From positions 88,047 to 152,046 of the forward strand of contig JADGRQ010000006.1 of the NCBI GenBank assembly GCA_017880775.1: DNA of 64,000 bases, written 5' to 3'. Shown in pieces: positions 1-14,089 of this stretch. The DNA comes from Burkholderiales bacterium. Lineage in GTDB: Bacteria; Pseudomonadota; Gammaproteobacteria; Burkholderiales; SG8-39. The notes below the pieces were generated by a model, which was not told where the DNA came from, ran no database searches, and worked only from the letters and a program-made list of their open reading frames with translations. The position numbers and the translations under genes were made by a program. Position 1 is the first letter of the stretch. Each line of letters starts with the position of its first letter.

Positions 1-65
1 GCGCGCGCCGCGCTTTCTGCATCGGCCGGCCGCGTGATGCCGCAAATCTTGACGCGCGTCCTCAT
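1..65 (-). CDS. trpF: N-(5'-phosphoribosyl)anthranilate isomerase, N-terminal fragment (the gene runs off the window start)
   Basis: The reverse strand reads ATG AGG ACG CGC GTC AAG ATT TGC GGC ATC ACG = [21 protein letters not shown], the typical TrpF N-terminus (VKICGIT). Its ATG overlaps the truA stop (ATGA), and truA-trpF order is common in proteobacteria. Confidence 0.6.
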   Translation of the reverse strand, partial: MRTRVKICGITRPADAESAAR

Positions 66-853
66 GCGTGCAGAAGCGCGACGCGCGATGCTTCGCCTTC
101 GACCGGCAGCTGCCATTCGGCGCCATACTCGACCGCGGTCAGGTACAGGCCTTCGGGCGCAAACGTCGGCGCGCTGCGCGCGCGGTCGCGCGATTCGCGC
201 ACCTCCTGCAGCCATTGCGGCGCGCGCTTGCCCTTGCCCACGCAGACCAGCGCGCCGACGATGTTGCGCACCATGTGATGCAGGAATGCGTTGGCGCGCA
301 GCGAGAATACGAACGTCGCGTCGCGCTGCTCGATCGTCAGGCAATGCAGCGTGCGCACCGGGCTCTTCGCTTGGCACTCCGAGGAGCGGAACGCCGAGAA
401 ATCGTGCTCGCCGATCAACACCAGGGCCGCGGCGCGCATTGCAGCCAGGTCGAGCGGCGCATGAAACCACCCCGCGTGGCGCGCCGCGAGCGCCGGGCGC
501 ACCGGGCGGTTGACCAGGACGTAGCGGTAGGTTCGCGAGCGTGCCGAATAGCGCGCGTGGAACTCCGGGCTGAGCGTCTTCGCCCAGAGCACGGCGACGG
601 TCTCGGGCAGTCGTGCGTTCACGCCCCTCACCCAGGCGCTCTCGGGCCGCTCCACCGGCGCATCGAAATGGACCACCTGTGCGGTGGCATGGACGCCGCG
701 GTCGGTGCGGCCGGCGCAAACGGTCGCGACGGGCGCGCCCGCGATTGCACCGAGCGCGGCTTCGAGCGCATCCTGAACGGTGCGCCCGCCCGGCTGGGTT
801 TGCCAGCCGAAAAAGCCGCTTCCGTCGTATTCGAGTCCGAGTGCTTTGCGCAT
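62..853 (-). CDS. truA: tRNA pseudouridine(38-40) synthase TruA
   Basis: 263 aa. N-terminus [20 protein letters not shown] and the GRTDRGVHA catalytic Asp motif are characteristic of TruA. Confidence 0.9.
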   Translation of the reverse strand: MRKALGLEYDGSGFFGWQTQPGGRTVQDALEAALGAIAGAPVATVCAGRTDRGVHATAQVVHFDAPVERPESAWVRGVNARLPETVAVLWAKTLSPEFHARYSARSRTYRYVLVNRPVRPALAARHAGWFHAPLDLAAMRAAALVLIGEHDFSAFRSSECQAKSPVRTLHCLTIEQRDATFVFSLRANAFLHHMVRNIVGALVCVGKGKRAPQWLQEVRESRDRARSAPTFAPEGLYLTAVEYGAEWQLPVEGEASRVALLHA

Positions 854-858
854 GCTTG

Positions 859-899
859 AAAAAACGAAGCCACGGTCCGCTCGCCGCGGCCGTGGCTTC
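859..899 (-). terminator. Rho-independent terminator-like hairpin downstream of fimV
   Basis: Perfect 10-bp stem GAAGCCACGG (866-875) / CCGTGGCTTC (890-899) with an inner CCGC/GCGG extension. On the minus strand it is followed by a T6 run (A-run 859-864). It ends only 5 nt before the truA ATG. Confidence 0.6.
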
Positions 900-921
900 A
901 GTGTGGAGTGCGCCGCGGCTT

Positions 922-3426
922 TCAGCCGAGGCCGAAGATCATCTGTTCGGCCTGCTTCTTCTGCGCCGCGTCGCCGTCCCTGGCCACCTCCTCCAACAAA
1001 GCGCGCGCGCCGTCCTTGTCGCCCATCTCCTCGTAGGCCTTAGCGAGGTCGAGCTTGGTCGCGACCTCCTGCCACTTCGCATCGGGCACTGCGCCGCCCG
1101 CGCCGGGGGTGCCAAGGTCGAGATTGAGCGAATCGAGATCGATATCCGGCGCAGCTTGAGCTTGAGCGGCGCGCTCCGGCGTGGATTCGCCGGGCAGATC
1201 GAGGTTCAGGTCGAAATCGAGGCCGCCGGAGGATTCCGCCACGGGCGCGGGCGCCGCAGCCGTGGGTAACGGTTGTGTGAGATCAGCTTCGCCGAGATCG
1301 AAATCGAGCCCCGAAGAAGCACCCTCGGCTTCCTTCGCATCGAGGATCACTGTTCCGGTCGGGCCGAAATCGGACTTTTCCACTGGCGCTGCAGCGTCCC
1401 CTCCGCCCAGGTCGAAATCCACGGAAGCCGCCGGAGAACCGGGCACGGTGGATACCGAATCGAGCGCCATGTCGAGCGTCGCGGCAGGTTCCGCCGCACC
1501 GCCGCCAATCTCGAAATCGACCGAAGGCGTCGTCACCGCCTGTATTCTCTGGGTATTGTCGGCGCCCATCCCGGCGCCGCCGCCGTATGCCGGGTTCCGC
1601 GGGTCGAAACCGTGGCCGAGCGACGTCGCCTTTTTCCACTCGGGGCCCTGAGCGCCGGTGGCGTCCTTGAGTTTCATGAACAGCTGTTCGAAGGACCTGG
1701 CGTCCTTGCGGGCTGCGTAGACCTCCAGCAACTTCAGTTGCAGCGCGCTGCGCCCCGGGTTTTTCGCCAGGGCTTCCTTCAGGATTTCTTCTGCCTGCGC
1801 CTCGCGGCCGTAAGCCATGTACACATCGGCTTCGGCAATCGGATCCACGTTGTCGCTGTCGTCCTCGACCCGGGCGGCGGCGGGCTGTGCAGCGGCGAGC
1901 GGCACGCCGGCCGTGCTTACGATCGAAGGTTCTGGACCTGGCTCGCTGAACACCGACGGCGTGCCGAGGTTGCCTGCGCCGCCGAGGATGCTGTCGGCGA
2001 AGCGGGATTCATCCGCCTTCTTTTTGCGCCGCCACGCCCATGCGCCATATCCCCCAAGCAGCACGACGATGGCGGCGAGCCCGCCCAAGGCGGCCGGATT
2101 ATCGAGAAATTCGTCCATCAGACTCGGCGGCGGCGGGGGCGGAGCTGCCGGGAGCGGTTTGAGTTTGGCGGGTTCTGCGCTCTTGGTATCGGGCGCAGAC
2201 TTGGCGGGTTCGGCCATTGGTTTCGCCGGCTCGGACGCCTTGGGAGCGGCGTCCGGGGCAGGTTTTGCCGGCTCGAGAGCAGGTTGGGCAGGTTCGGGAG
2301 CCTTCGCTACGGGAATTCCGACAGAGGGCTTTCCACCCTGTTTTTCGAGTTGCGCCAGTTGCTGATTCTTCAGTTCGACCAGCTTGTTCAAGTCGGTGAC
2401 GTTCTTTTCCAGATCCGCGACCCTCGACTCCGCTTCCTTGAGCGACTTCGCGCGCGCGACCTTGTCGTCCTCGCGGGCTGCGCGGGCGGACGCTCCGGGT
2501 TTCGCCGACGGCTCTGCCTGCGAGAGCTTGAGCTGGTCGCGCGGTTCGCGCGGCGCGGGCGCGTCGGGTTGAGCCGTGATACGACCGCGGGCAGCCTCTT
2601 GGCCCGGTGCCGCGCTCGCGGGCGTCGCGGCAACCGCAACGCCGAGCGAACGCCGGTACTCGTTCCACCCGGCGTTGTGCGAGATCACCAGGCGGCGCGC
2701 CTCCTGGTTGTCGACTGACGCGGCCGCATCGCGATCGGGAACGCTGAGGATCCGGCCCGCGCGAACCAGGTTGATGTTGTCGCGGATGAACGCCTCGCGA
2801 TTCGCGCGGTACAACGCGATCAGCATCTGCTGCAGCGTCACGCCATCGGGTTTGTTCGCCGCCGCGATCTTGCCAAGCGTGTCGCCTTTTCTCACTTCAA
2901 CGGTTCCAGCCGCCATGGGCTTTGCCGCCGCTGCCGGCGCAATCGGGCGCTCCTCGATGCGCGGCGCCGGCGTGGTCGGCGTCGGACTGGCTGCGGCGGG
3001 GGCCGCCGCAATCGGTTGCGGAATCTTGTATTCAGGCGGGTCGAGCAGGAAGGTGTATTCGCGCACCAGGCGCCCGGCGCCCCACGACAGTTCCACCAGC
3101 AGGTTGAGGAATGGCTCCTGGACCGGCTGCGCAGAGGTCAAGCGCACCACCGGCCGACCCGCGCGCTTTTCGATCCCAAAGCGCACGCTGACGAGCGCGG
3201 AGTTGAAGTCGATGTTGGCCTGGCGGAACGCCTCGATGGGCGCCAGACGTGCTGCGAGCGATTCCTCTTCGCCGGGCTGAAGCGAAATGATCTCGATCTC
3301 GGCGTTCAACGGCTGCCCCAAGGCGGACAATACAGTGAGCTTGCCGAGGCCCGCCGCACTGGCGAGCAGCGGCAATGACAACGCAAGCATTGCCGCAACG
3401 CGCATTCCGGTCAGGGATTTACCCAC
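922..3426 (-). CDS. fimV: FimV/HubP-family peptidoglycan-binding pilus-assembly scaffold protein
   Basis: 834 aa with a signal peptide and the FimV N-domain ([17 protein letters not shown]). LysM-like segment ([12 protein letters not shown]...AGRILSVP) and a Pro/Ala-rich linker. One TM ([20 protein letters not shown]), acidic DFDL repeats and a C-terminal TPR-like tail ([12 protein letters not shown]). An alternative start is at M8. Confidence 0.85.
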   Translation of the reverse strand: MGKSLTGMRVAAMLALSLPLLASAAGLGKLTVLSALGQPLNAEIEIISLQPGEEESLAARLAPIEAFRQANIDFNSALVSVRFGIEKRAGRPVVRLTSAQPVQEPFLNLLVELSWGAGRLVREYTFLLDPPEYKIPQPIAAAPAAASPTPTTPAPRIEERPIAPAAAAKPMAAGTVEVRKGDTLGKIAAANKPDGVTLQQMLIALYRANREAFIRDNINLVRAGRILSVPDRDAAASVDNQEARRLVISHNAGWNEYRRSLGVAVAATPASAAPGQEAARGRITAQPDAPAPREPRDQLKLSQAEPSAKPGASARAAREDDKVARAKSLKEAESRVADLEKNVTDLNKLVELKNQQLAQLEKQGGKPSVGIPVAKAPEPAQPALEPAKPAPDAAPKASEPAKPMAEPAKSAPDTKSAEPAKLKPLPAAPPPPPPSLMDEFLDNPAALGGLAAIVVLLGGYGAWAWRRKKKADESRFADSILGGAGNLGTPSVFSEPGPEPSIVSTAGVPLAAAQPAAARVEDDSDNVDPIAEADVYMAYGREAQAEEILKEALAKNPGRSALQLKLLEVYAARKDARSFEQLFMKLKDATGAQGPEWKKATSLGHGFDPRNPAYGGGAGMGADNTQRIQAVTTPSVDFEIGGGAAEPAATLDMALDSVSTVPGSPAASVDFDLGGGDAAAPVEKSDFGPTGTVILDAKEAEGASSGLDFDLGEADLTQPLPTAAAPAPVAESSGGLDFDLNLDLPGESTPERAAQAQAAPDIDLDSLNLDLGTPGAGGAVPDAKWQEVATKLDLAKAYEEMGDKDGARALLEEVARDGDAAQKKQAEQMIFGLG

Positions 3427-3544
3427 TATGCCACCCTAGTCGTGTTTTTCCGGGATCAACTAACTTAACATCATAGTGTTAGGCTGGCAAGCTGAGAAAT
3501 GTTCTCGCTTTTTCCCGGTTCGGCCCGGAACCAGTTCATAAACT

Positions 3545-4675
3545 TCAATGCGGTACGCCGCGTTCGACCAGGAGGCGCAGCATGCGCCGAAGCGGCTCGG
3601 CAGCCCCCCAAAGCAACTGATCCCCGACTGTAAACGCGGTCAGGTACTCGCGCCCCATCGGAAGCTTGCGCAAACGGCCCACTGGAACCGACAGCTTTCC
3701 GGTCACCGCCGCCGGGGTCAGTTCCGCAAGCGACGTTTCGCGCCTGTTCGGGACGACTTTCACCCAGTCGTTCGCTTCCGCGATCATGCCCTCGATCTCG
3801 TCGAGCGGCACGTCTTTTTTCAGCTTGATGGTGAGCGCCTGCGAATGGCAGCGCATCGCCCCGACCCGCACACAGATGCCGTCCACCGGGATCGGCCGTT
3901 CGCTGCGGCCGAGGATCTTGTTAGTTTCCGCCTGCCCCTTCCATTCCTCGCGGCTCTGGCCGTCGCCGAGGTCCGCGTCGATCCACGGCAACAGGCTCGC
4001 CGCAAGCGGATGGCCGAATTGCTCGCGCGGCATGCGCTCGCTGCGCAGCCGGTCGGTCACCGTTCGATCGAGCTCGAGCGCAGTTGCCGCCGGGTCGGCC
4101 AGCTGTGGCTTCGCCGCCGCGCCCAGTTCGAGCATCTGCGCCATCAGCTCCTTCATGCTCGCGGCGCCGGCGCCCGATGCGGCCTGATAGGTCATGCAGG
4201 TCATCCACTCGACCAGGTCGTGCTTGAACAACCCGTCGATACCCATCAGCATCAGGCTCACCGTGCAGTTGCCGCCGATGTAGTTCTGCACGCCGCGGCC
4301 GAGCGCGCCTTCAATCACCGGCAGGTTCACCGGATCGAGAATGATCACTGCGTCGTCCTGCATGCGCAGCGTGCGCGCCGCGTCGATCCAGTAGCCGTCC
4401 CAGCCCGCCGCACGCAGCTTCGGGTACACGTCATCGGTGTAGTCGCCTCCCTGGCACGAGACGATGACCGGCAGCTGCCTGAGTTCGGCGACGCTCATCG
4501 CATCCTTGACGGGCGCGCAATCCTTGCCGATCGACGGCGCCTTGCCGCCTGCCTGCGAAGTCGAAAAGAACACCGGCTCGACGAGGTCGAAGTCGCGTTC
4601 CTCGCGCATGCGCTGCACCAGGACCGAACCGACCATTCCGCGCCAACCGACGATACCGACTCTCAACACGCGCAT
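3545..4675 (-). CDS. asd: aspartate-semialdehyde dehydrogenase
   Basis: 376 aa. N-terminus [14 protein letters not shown], an active-site GGNCTVS segment, and the conserved position beside leuB. Confidence 0.9.
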   Translation of the reverse strand: MRVLRVGIVGWRGMVGSVLVQRMREERDFDLVEPVFFSTSQAGGKAPSIGKDCAPVKDAMSVAELRQLPVIVSCQGGDYTDDVYPKLRAAGWDGYWIDAARTLRMQDDAVIILDPVNLPVIEGALGRGVQNYIGGNCTVSLMLMGIDGLFKHDLVEWMTCMTYQAASGAGAASMKELMAQMLELGAAAKPQLADPAATALELDRTVTDRLRSERMPREQFGHPLAASLLPWIDADLGDGQSREEWKGQAETNKILGRSERPIPVDGICVRVGAMRCHSQALTIKLKKDVPLDEIEGMIAEANDWVKVVPNRRETSLAELTPAAVTGKLSVPVGRLRKLPMGREYLTAFTVGDQLLWGAAEPLRRMLRLLVERGVPH

Positions 4676-4685
4676 CCCCGAATAT

Positions 4686-5741
4686 TCAAAGCGCCGCGAC
4701 CACCGCTGCGCCCATCTCCTGCGTTCCGACCTTCTTCCTGCCCGCTTCTTGGATATCGACAGTACGGTAGCCTTGCTTCAGCACCTGCCTGACCGCGGCC
4801 TCGATACGGTCTGCGACCACACCATGATTGAGAGAGTAACGCAGCATCATTGCGGCGGAAAGTATCGTGGCGAGCGGATTTGCGAGGTCCATGCCCGCAA
4901 TGTCGGGCGCCGAACCGTGGATCGGCTCGTACAAACCCTTGCCGTGCGCATCCAGCGAGGCCGACGGCAGCATGCCGATCGACCCGGTGAGCATCGACGC
5001 CTCGTCCGACAGGATGTCGCCGAACATGTTGCCGGTGACGATCACGTCGAACTGCTTCGGGTTGCGCACCAGCTGCATGGCGCAGTTGTCCACGTACATG
5101 TGCGACAGCTCGACGTCGGCGTACTCTTTTCCGGTTTCGCTCACCACCTGCCTCCACAGCTCGGTGGTCTCCAGCACGTTGGCCTTGTCCACCGAGCACA
5201 GCTTGCGGCGGCGCTTGCGTGCCGCGTTGAACGCGACATGGGCAATGCGCCGGATCTCGCTCTCGCGGTAGCGCATCGTATTCACGCCCTCGCGCTCGCC
5301 GTCGGCGCGCATGCTGATGCCGCGCGGCTCGCCGAAATAGATATCTCCGGTGAGTTCGCGAATAATCAGCACGTCGAGCCCGGCAACCACCTCGGGCTTG
5401 AGCGTCGACGCCCCCGCGAGCTCGTCGTGGACCTGTGCCGGGCGCAGATTGGCGAACAGGCCGAGCGACTTGCGCAGCCCGAGAATCGCCTGCTCGGGGC
5501 GCTTCACGCGCGGCAGCGCGTCGTACTTCGACCCGCCCACCGCTCCGAACAGGATCGCGTCGGCCTCGCGCGCGAGCGCGAGCGTCGCGGCGGGCAGCGG
5601 ATCCCCGGACGCGTCGTAGCCCGCACCCCCGACCGGCGCGTGCTCGAGTTCGAGCGGCAGCGCAAGCTTGTTGAGCACCTTGACCGCCTGGGCCATGATC
5701 TCGCCGCCGATGCCGTCTCCCGGAAGGACCGCGACCTTCAT
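4686..5741 (-). CDS. leuB: 3-isopropylmalate dehydrogenase
   Basis: Trimmed from track ORF 4686..6245 to the internal start [15 protein letters not shown] (ATG at 5741). The ATGA overlaps the leuD stop, and the [25 protein letters not shown] motif is present. Confidence 0.9.
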   Translation of the reverse strand: MKVAVLPGDGIGGEIMAQAVKVLNKLALPLELEHAPVGGAGYDASGDPLPAATLALAREADAILFGAVGGSKYDALPRVKRPEQAILGLRKSLGLFANLRPAQVHDELAGASTLKPEVVAGLDVLIIRELTGDIYFGEPRGISMRADGEREGVNTMRYRESEIRRIAHVAFNAARKRRRKLCSVDKANVLETTELWRQVVSETGKEYADVELSHMYVDNCAMQLVRNPKQFDVIVTGNMFGDILSDEASMLTGSIGMLPSASLDAHGKGLYEPIHGSAPDIAGMDLANPLATILSAAMMLRYSLNHGVVADRIEAAVRQVLKQGYRTVDIQEAGRKKVGTQEMGAAVVAAL

Positions 5742-6379
5742 GAGAAGAGCCACGGTTGCCGTTCGCGGCGCCGGGCCTCGAAGCTGCGGATCTTGTCGGC
5801 ATGCGTCAGTGTCAGCCCGATCTCGTCGAGTCCGTTCAACAGGCAGTGCTTGCGGTAAGCGTCGATCTCGAAATGCGCGCTGCGCGATGCATCCAGGATC
5901 GAGACCTCCTGCTTGCCCAGATCGACGATCAGGCGAAACCCGGGGAAGGACGCCACGTCGTAGAACAGCCGGTCGACTTCCGTCTCGGGCAGCACCACCG
6001 GCAGCAGGCCGTTCTTGTAGCAGTTGTTGTAGAAGATATCGGCGAAGGATGGGGCGATCACGCAGCGAAAACCATACTCGAGCAGCGCCCAGGGCGCGTG
6101 CTCGCGGCTCGATCCGCAGCCGAAGTTCTTGCGCGCGATCAGGATCGATGCGCCCTTGAAGCGAGGCTGGTTCAGTACGAAGTCCGGGTTGAGCGCTCGC
6201 CGCGCGTGGTCCATGCCCGGCTCGCCGTGGTCGAGATAGCGCCACGCGTCGAACAGGTTAGGGCCGAAACCCGAGCGCTTGATCGATTTGAGGAACTGCT
6301 TCGGGATGATCGCGTCGGTGTCGACGTTGGCGCGGTCCAGCGGCGCGACCAGGCCGTTCAGCACGGTGAATTTTTCCAT
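5738..6379 (-). CDS. leuD: 3-isopropylmalate dehydratase small subunit
   Basis: Trimmed from track ORF 5738..7414 to [31 protein letters not shown] (213 aa). [13 protein letters not shown] motif present. Confidence 0.9.
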   Translation of the reverse strand: MEKFTVLNGLVAPLDRANVDTDAIIPKQFLKSIKRSGFGPNLFDAWRYLDHGEPGMDHARRALNPDFVLNQPRFKGASILIARKNFGCGSSREHAPWALLEYGFRCVIAPSFADIFYNNCYKNGLLPVVLPETEVDRLFYDVASFPGFRLIVDLGKQEVSILDASRSAHFEIDAYRKHCLLNGLDEIGLTLTHADKIRSFEARRRERQPWLFS

Positions 6380-6384
6380 CGCCG

Positions 6385-7800
6385 TCAGCCGAGCCTGCGC
6401 ACGTCGACGAAGTGTCCGGCGATCGCCGCTCCTGCCGCCATCTCCGGGCTCACCAGATGGGTGCGGCCGCCGGCACCCTGGCGCCCTTCGAAATTGCGGT
6501 TGGAGGTCGAGGCGCAACGCTCGCCCGGCTCGAGCCGGTCGGCGTTCATCGCGAGGCACATCGAGCAGCCCGGCTCGCGCCATTCGAAGCCCGCGTCGCG
6601 AAACACGCGGTCGAGCCCTTCCCGCTCGGCCTGCGCCTTCACCACGCCGGAGCCCGGCACGACCAGCGCGAGCCTTACGCTGGCGGCCACATGGCGCCCT
6701 TTCACCACCGCCGCCGCGGCGCGCAGATCCTCGATGCGCGAATTCGTGCACGAACCGATGAACACCTTGTCGATGCGGATCTCGCCGATCGGCGTATTGG
6801 GCTTCAGTCCCATGTACTGCAGCGCGCGCTCCATGCCTTCGCGGCGAGCTGCATCTTTTTCCTTGTCCGGATCGGGCACGCGGTCCTCGATCGAAGCCAC
6901 CATCTCGGGTGACGTTCCCCACGTGACCTGCGGCTTCAGCGCGCGCGCATCCAGGCGCACCTCGCGCTCGAACCGGGCATCCGGGTCGGAAGCGAGCGTG
7001 CGCCAGTAGGCGGCCGCCCGGTTCCACGCCTCGCCGGTCGGCGCGAACGGCCGTCCCTTCAAATACCCGATCGTGTTCTCGTCCACGGCGACCATGCCCG
7101 AGCGAGCGCCGGCCTCGATCGCCATGTTGCAGAGCGTCATGCGCGATTCCATCGACAGCGCGCGTATCGTGCCGCCGGCGAACTCGATCGCGTACCCCGT
7201 ACCGCCCGCGGTGCCGATGCTGCCGATCACTGCCAGCGCGACGTCCTTCGCGGTCACGCCGCGCTCGAGCAGCCCGTCGACCGTGACGCGCAGGTTCTTC
7301 ATCTTCTTCGTGTTGACGCATTGCGTGGCGAGCACGTGCTCGACCTCGGAGGTGCCGATGCCGAACGCCAGGCACGCGAACGCCCCGTGCGTGCTGGTGT
7401 GCGAATCGCCGCACACCACCGTCATTCCGGGCAGCGTCGCGCCGGTTTCCGGTCCGATCACGTGAACGATGCCCTGGCGCTTGTCGAGAAACGGGAAGTA
7501 GGCCTTGGCGCGGAATTCACGCATGTTGGCGTCCAGCGTCTCGACCTGCAGGCGGGAAACGGGATCGACGATACCAGCGATGCCGCGCCCCCAGTCCGTG
7601 GTCGGCGTGTTGTGATCGGCGGTCGCGACCACCGAATCCATGCGCCACGGCTTGCGCCCGGCAAGCTTCAGACCCTCGAAGGCCTGCGGGCTGGTGACCT
7701 CGTGCACCAGGTGGCGATCGACGTAGAGCAGCGTCGTGCCGTCGTCCCCGACGTGGACCACGTGATCGTCCCAGAGCTTGTCGTAAAGCGTGCGTCCCAT
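6385..7800 (-). CDS. leuC: 3-isopropylmalate dehydratase large subunit
   Basis: 471 aa. [16 protein letters not shown]-terminus and aconitase-family Cys ligand regions ([18 protein letters not shown]). Confidence 0.92.
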   Translation of the reverse strand: MGRTLYDKLWDDHVVHVGDDGTTLLYVDRHLVHEVTSPQAFEGLKLAGRKPWRMDSVVATADHNTPTTDWGRGIAGIVDPVSRLQVETLDANMREFRAKAYFPFLDKRQGIVHVIGPETGATLPGMTVVCGDSHTSTHGAFACLAFGIGTSEVEHVLATQCVNTKKMKNLRVTVDGLLERGVTAKDVALAVIGSIGTAGGTGYAIEFAGGTIRALSMESRMTLCNMAIEAGARSGMVAVDENTIGYLKGRPFAPTGEAWNRAAAYWRTLASDPDARFEREVRLDARALKPQVTWGTSPEMVASIEDRVPDPDKEKDAARREGMERALQYMGLKPNTPIGEIRIDKVFIGSCTNSRIEDLRAAAAVVKGRHVAASVRLALVVPGSGVVKAQAEREGLDRVFRDAGFEWREPGCSMCLAMNADRLEPGERCASTSNRNFEGRQGAGGRTHLVSPEMAAGAAIAGHFVDVRRLG

Positions 7801-7902
7801 TTTCGTTCAGCGGAAGCAAAAAGTCGCTACGAAACGGTTAATTATCGCATAGCGAGCACCCGGATTTGCGCACCGCCGCAAGAGGCAGGCGAGCGTTCGG
7901 CG

Positions 7903-10402
<2,500 letters not shown>

Positions 10403-10416
10403 TTCGGCAACTGCCC

Positions 10417-11187
10417 ATGGACGTCGCGAAACTGTTCAGCCTCGCCGGCAAGGTCGCGCTCGTCACCGGCGCGAATTCTGGCATCGGCAAATCGATCGCG
10501 CGGTCGTACGCTGCGGCGGGCGCTGCGGTGGTTCTGGTCGCGCGGCGCGCGCGCGAACTCGCAGAGGCGCAAGCGGAAATCAACGCGCGCGGCGGACGCG
10601 CCGCCGCGCTCGCCTGCGACCTCGCCGACCGCCAGGCACTGTACGCCTGCGCCGAGCGTGCGCCTGAGTTCTTCGGCGCGCCCGACATCGTCGTCAATGC
10701 AGCAGGCGTGAACATCCGGCGGGCGATGCTCGAGGTCACCGACGCCGACTGGGACGCGACGATGCGCATCAACCTCGATGCATCGTTCTTCCTGCCGCAG
10801 CGGCTCGCGCCTGCGATGATCGCGAAGGGCTGGGGGCGCATCGTGAACATCGGCTCGATGCAATCGGTGCGCGCGTTCGGCAACAGCGGCGCTTACGGCG
10901 CGTCCAAGGGAGCGATCCTCCAGCTCACGCGCGCGCAGGCCGAGGCGTGGTCGAAGCACGGCGTCAACGCCAACGCGATCGCACCCGGCTTCTTCGCGAC
11001 CCCGCTCACCGCGCCGGTGCAGAGCGATCCGGTGCGCTGGAAGCAGATGGCCGAGCGCACGCTGATCGGCCGCACCGGCGAGCTGGCGGACCTGGCCGGC
11101 GCCGCGATCTTCCTCGCCAGCCGCGCCTCCGATTACGTCACGGGCCAGACGATTTTCGTCGACGGCGGCATGTCCGCAGGAGGCTGA
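10417..11187 (+). CDS. short-chain dehydrogenase/reductase (SDR)
   Basis: 256 aa with TGANSGIGKS (TGxxxGxG), NAAG and the YGASK catalytic YxxxK. Confidence 0.85.
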   Translation: MDVAKLFSLAGKVALVTGANSGIGKSIARSYAAAGAAVVLVARRARELAEAQAEINARGGRAAALACDLADRQALYACAERAPEFFGAPDIVVNAAGVNIRRAMLEVTDADWDATMRINLDASFFLPQRLAPAMIAKGWGRIVNIGSMQSVRAFGNSGAYGASKGAILQLTRAQAEAWSKHGVNANAIAPGFFATPLTAPVQSDPVRWKQMAERTLIGRTGELADLAGAAIFLASRASDYVTGQTIFVDGGMSAGG

Positions 11188-11189
11188 CG

Positions 11190-12182
11190 GTGAAGGCGCT
11201 GGTCTATACCGGCAGGGAACAAGTGACCTACCGCGAGGAGCCGGAACCGCGGCTGGCCGATGGCGAGGTGCTGATCCGCATCGACGCGGTCGGCATCTGC
11301 GGCTCCGACATGCACGCCTACCACGGCCATGACCCGCGCCGCGTGCCGCCGCTCGTCCTCGGCCACGAACTGGCCGGCGTGATCCTCGCCGGGCCCGGCA
11401 AGGGCCGGCGGGTCACCGTCAATCCGCTCATCACCTGCGGGCATTGCGAGTACTGCGTGCAGGGGCGCAACAACCTGTGCGCGAACCGCAGCATGATCGG
11501 CATGACGCGACCCGGGGGATTCGCCGAACTGATGTCCACGGCGGCTTCGAGCGTGATCGATATCCCGCAGGACATGCCGGCGCGGGCGGCCGCTCTCACC
11601 GAACCGGCCGCCACTGCGCTGCATGCGCTCAACCTGTCGATGCGCGCGATGCTGCGCCCGCCCGCGGAGTGCAGGGTGCTGGTGCTCGGCGCAGGGGCGA
11701 TCGGCCTGCTGGCCGCGCTGCTGTTGTGCGCCTATGGCTGCCGCGACCTGCGCATCGCCGAAACCAATCCGCTGCGCCGCGCGTCGGCCACGAACGCGGG
11801 AAGTTTCGCCACATACGATCCGCTTCACGAGAGCGGGCCGGCCGAGAGCTCGATGGACCTGGTAATCGACGCGGTCGGGAGCGCGGCGACGCGCAACAGC
11901 GCGTTCGCGGCGGCGAAGCCCGGCAGCGTTATCATGCACATCGGGCTCGCCGACTGGGTGAGCGAGATCGACATGCGCAAGCTCACGCTCGCCGAAATCA
12001 CGCTGCTCGGCACTTATACGTACACGACCGCCGATCTGCGTGCAGCCGCGCAGGGTCTGCACGCAGGCGCGTTCGGCGACCTGGCCTGGGTCGAAGAGCG
12101 GCCGCTCGCCGAGGGCGCGCGGGCGTTCGCAGACCTGCATGCAGGGCGCAGCGCAGCAGCGAAGATCCTGTTGCGGCCGTAA
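11190..12182 (+). CDS. zinc-dependent medium-chain alcohol dehydrogenase
   Basis: GTG start 2 nt after the SDR stop. GICGSDMHAYHG and GHELAG catalytic-Zn ligands, CGHCEYCVQGRNNLC structural-Zn site, and VLGAGAIGLL Rossmann motif. Confidence 0.8.
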   Translation: MKALVYTGREQVTYREEPEPRLADGEVLIRIDAVGICGSDMHAYHGHDPRRVPPLVLGHELAGVILAGPGKGRRVTVNPLITCGHCEYCVQGRNNLCANRSMIGMTRPGGFAELMSTAASSVIDIPQDMPARAAALTEPAATALHALNLSMRAMLRPPAECRVLVLGAGAIGLLAALLLCAYGCRDLRIAETNPLRRASATNAGSFATYDPLHESGPAESSMDLVIDAVGSAATRNSAFAAAKPGSVIMHIGLADWVSEIDMRKLTLAEITLLGTYTYTTADLRAAAQGLHAGAFGDLAWVEERPLAEGARAFADLHAGRSAAAKILLRP

Positions 12183-12207
12183 TGCGGCGGATCACGGGCA
12201 TCCCGGC

Positions 12208-13005
12208 ATGAGCAACATCGTCTTCGAGCGCGTGAGCCGCCAGTTCCAGCGCGACGGCCTGCAGTTCCCCGCGCTGGAGGACGTGAGCTTCGAGGTGCGC
12301 GACCGGGAATTCGTCGCCATCGTCGGGCCCTCGGGCTGCGGCAAGACTACCTGCCTGCGCATGGCCGCGGGCCTGGAGTTTCCCAGCAATGGCAACGTCC
12401 GCGTCGCAGGCCAGACGGTGACGCGGCCCGGACCGGATCGCTCGGTGGTGTTCCAGCAGTTCGCGCTGTTTCCGTGGAAGACGGTGTACCAGAACATCGA
12501 GTTCGGGCTGCGCGGCAAGGGCATGGCGCAGGCACAGCGGCGCGAACGCGTCACGCGCCACATCGAGCTGATGGGCCTGCAGGGCTACGACTCCGCGTAC
12601 CCGCACCAGCTCTCCGGCGGGATGCAGCAGCGCGTGGCGATCGCGCGCAGCTACGTGCTGGACCCGGGCGTGCTGCTGATGGATGAACCGTTCGGCGCGC
12701 TCGACGCGCAGACGCGCACGGTGATGCAGGAAGAGCTGATCCGGCTGTCGCGCGTCAACCCGCGCACGGTGCTGTTCATCACGCATGCGGTGGACGAAGC
12801 GGTCTACCTCGCCGACCGGGTGGTGGTGTTGACGCGGCGGCCGGGCCGCATCAGGGAAATCGTCGATGTCGCCGCCGTGCGCAGGACCGAGAACTGGGAC
12901 CGACACGAGCGCATCGAGGAAGTGATGGAGCAGCCATCGTTCGTTCATCTGCGTACCGGGATCTGGAGGCTGCTGCGCGAGCAGCAGCAGCCGGCCCGGC
13001 TTTGA
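12208..13005 (+). CDS. ABC transporter ATP-binding protein (nitrate/sulfonate/taurine NitT/TauT family)
   Basis: Walker A GPSGCGKTT, signature LSGGMQQRVAIAR, Walker B LLMDEPFGALD. The overall layout is TauB/SsuB-like. Confidence 0.85.
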   Translation: MSNIVFERVSRQFQRDGLQFPALEDVSFEVRDREFVAIVGPSGCGKTTCLRMAAGLEFPSNGNVRVAGQTVTRPGPDRSVVFQQFALFPWKTVYQNIEFGLRGKGMAQAQRRERVTRHIELMGLQGYDSAYPHQLSGGMQQRVAIARSYVLDPGVLLMDEPFGALDAQTRTVMQEELIRLSRVNPRTVLFITHAVDEAVYLADRVVVLTRRPGRIREIVDVAAVRRTENWDRHERIEEVMEQPSFVHLRTGIWRLLREQQQPARL

Positions 13006-13033
13006 TGTCCATTCACAGGGAGGAGGAGAAATC

Positions 13034-14080
13034 ATGCATGCACGTCTGAGATCGATCGCGGTTGGCATCGCAATTGCGGCTGCCGGCATCGGCGCCGGCG
13101 CACAGCAACTGACGGAGATCAAGGTGAGCTTCCAGCCCGCTGTGTACTGGGCGCTGCCGTTCTACGTCGCGACCGAAAAGGGCTTCTGGGCGGAGGCCGG
13201 CCTGAAACCCGTGTTCAGCACCTTTCCCGCCGGCGTGCCGCAGATCGCCGCGTCCGCATCCAAGTCATGGGATGTCGGAGGCACGGGTTCCGTGCCCGCG
13301 GTGCTGGGCGCGGCGCGCTACAGCCTGCTCACCATCGGCATCACGAATGACGAGTCGGTCGGCAACGCGCTGCTCGCAACCGGCGCCAAGGCCGACGGTT
13401 TCCTGAAGAACCCGCAGTCGATCAAGGGCCAGACCATCGTGCTGACGGCCAACTCGACCGGCGACTACTCGGTGCAGTCCTGCCTCGCCAAGTGGGGCCT
13501 GAAGAAGACCGACGTGACGATCAAGAGCATGGGACAGGCCGAGATCATGTCGGCGATGTCCTCGAACAACGCCGACCTCGGCGGACTGTGGGCGCCGAAC
13601 ATCTATACGGTCGAAGAGAAGATCGGGGCGAAGGTGATCTGCTCGGGCAAGGACGCCGGCGCCATCGTGCCGGGCGCCATCGTGGTGCGCGCCGACTACG
13701 CCAAGGAGCAGCCGCAGAACGTCGCGAAATTCCTGGCGGTCTACCTGCGCGCCTTGAAGTGGATGAACGGGCACCGCAACGAGGCGATCGCGATGATGAA
13801 GAAGTTCTACGAAATCGGCGGCGTGACGATTTCGGAGGCTTCGATGCGCAAGGAATTCGACACGCGACCGGTGTTCGACCTCGCCGCCCAGCTGAAAATC
13901 ATGAACCGCGCGGGCGGCAACTCGGAAGTGGACAAGTGGATGACCCAGATCGGGGGCTTCATGAAGGGCGCGGGTACGCTGCCGGAGGTGCCGGCGGCGT
14001 CGCGCTACATCACCGACGAGTACATGACGCTGGTGGACAAGGACCCGAAGCTGAAGGCCTTCGCCAACCGGGCTGACTGA
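13034..14080 (+). CDS. ABC transporter periplasmic substrate-binding protein (NMT1/SsuA/TauA-like)
   Basis: 348 aa with a signal peptide (MHARLRSIAVGIAIAAAGIGAGAQQ). Placed between the ATPase and the two permeases of a NitT/TauT-type system. Confidence 0.75.
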   Translation: MHARLRSIAVGIAIAAAGIGAGAQQLTEIKVSFQPAVYWALPFYVATEKGFWAEAGLKPVFSTFPAGVPQIAASASKSWDVGGTGSVPAVLGAARYSLLTIGITNDESVGNALLATGAKADGFLKNPQSIKGQTIVLTANSTGDYSVQSCLAKWGLKKTDVTIKSMGQAEIMSAMSSNNADLGGLWAPNIYTVEEKIGAKVICSGKDAGAIVPGAIVVRADYAKEQPQNVAKFLAVYLRALKWMNGHRNEAIAMMKKFYEIGGVTISEASMRKEFDTRPVFDLAAQLKIMNRAGGNSEVDKWMTQIGGFMKGAGTLPEVPAASRYITDEYMTLVDKDPKLKAFANRAD

Positions 14081-14089
14081 GCCCGCGGC

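Noticed and set aside
3480-3544. Hairpin downstream of asd as a terminator
   Set aside because: The stem is only 5 bp (GGTTC/GAACC) and is followed by GGGAAAAAG rather than a U-tract, which is too weak to call.
4686-7414. Long N-terminal extensions of leuB (519 aa) and leuD (558 aa) in the ORF track
   Set aside because: The extensions overlap the upstream genes and are Arg/Pro-rich. Canonical N-termini ([12 protein letters not shown] and MEKFTVLNG) with ATGA-type junctions give normal-length proteins.
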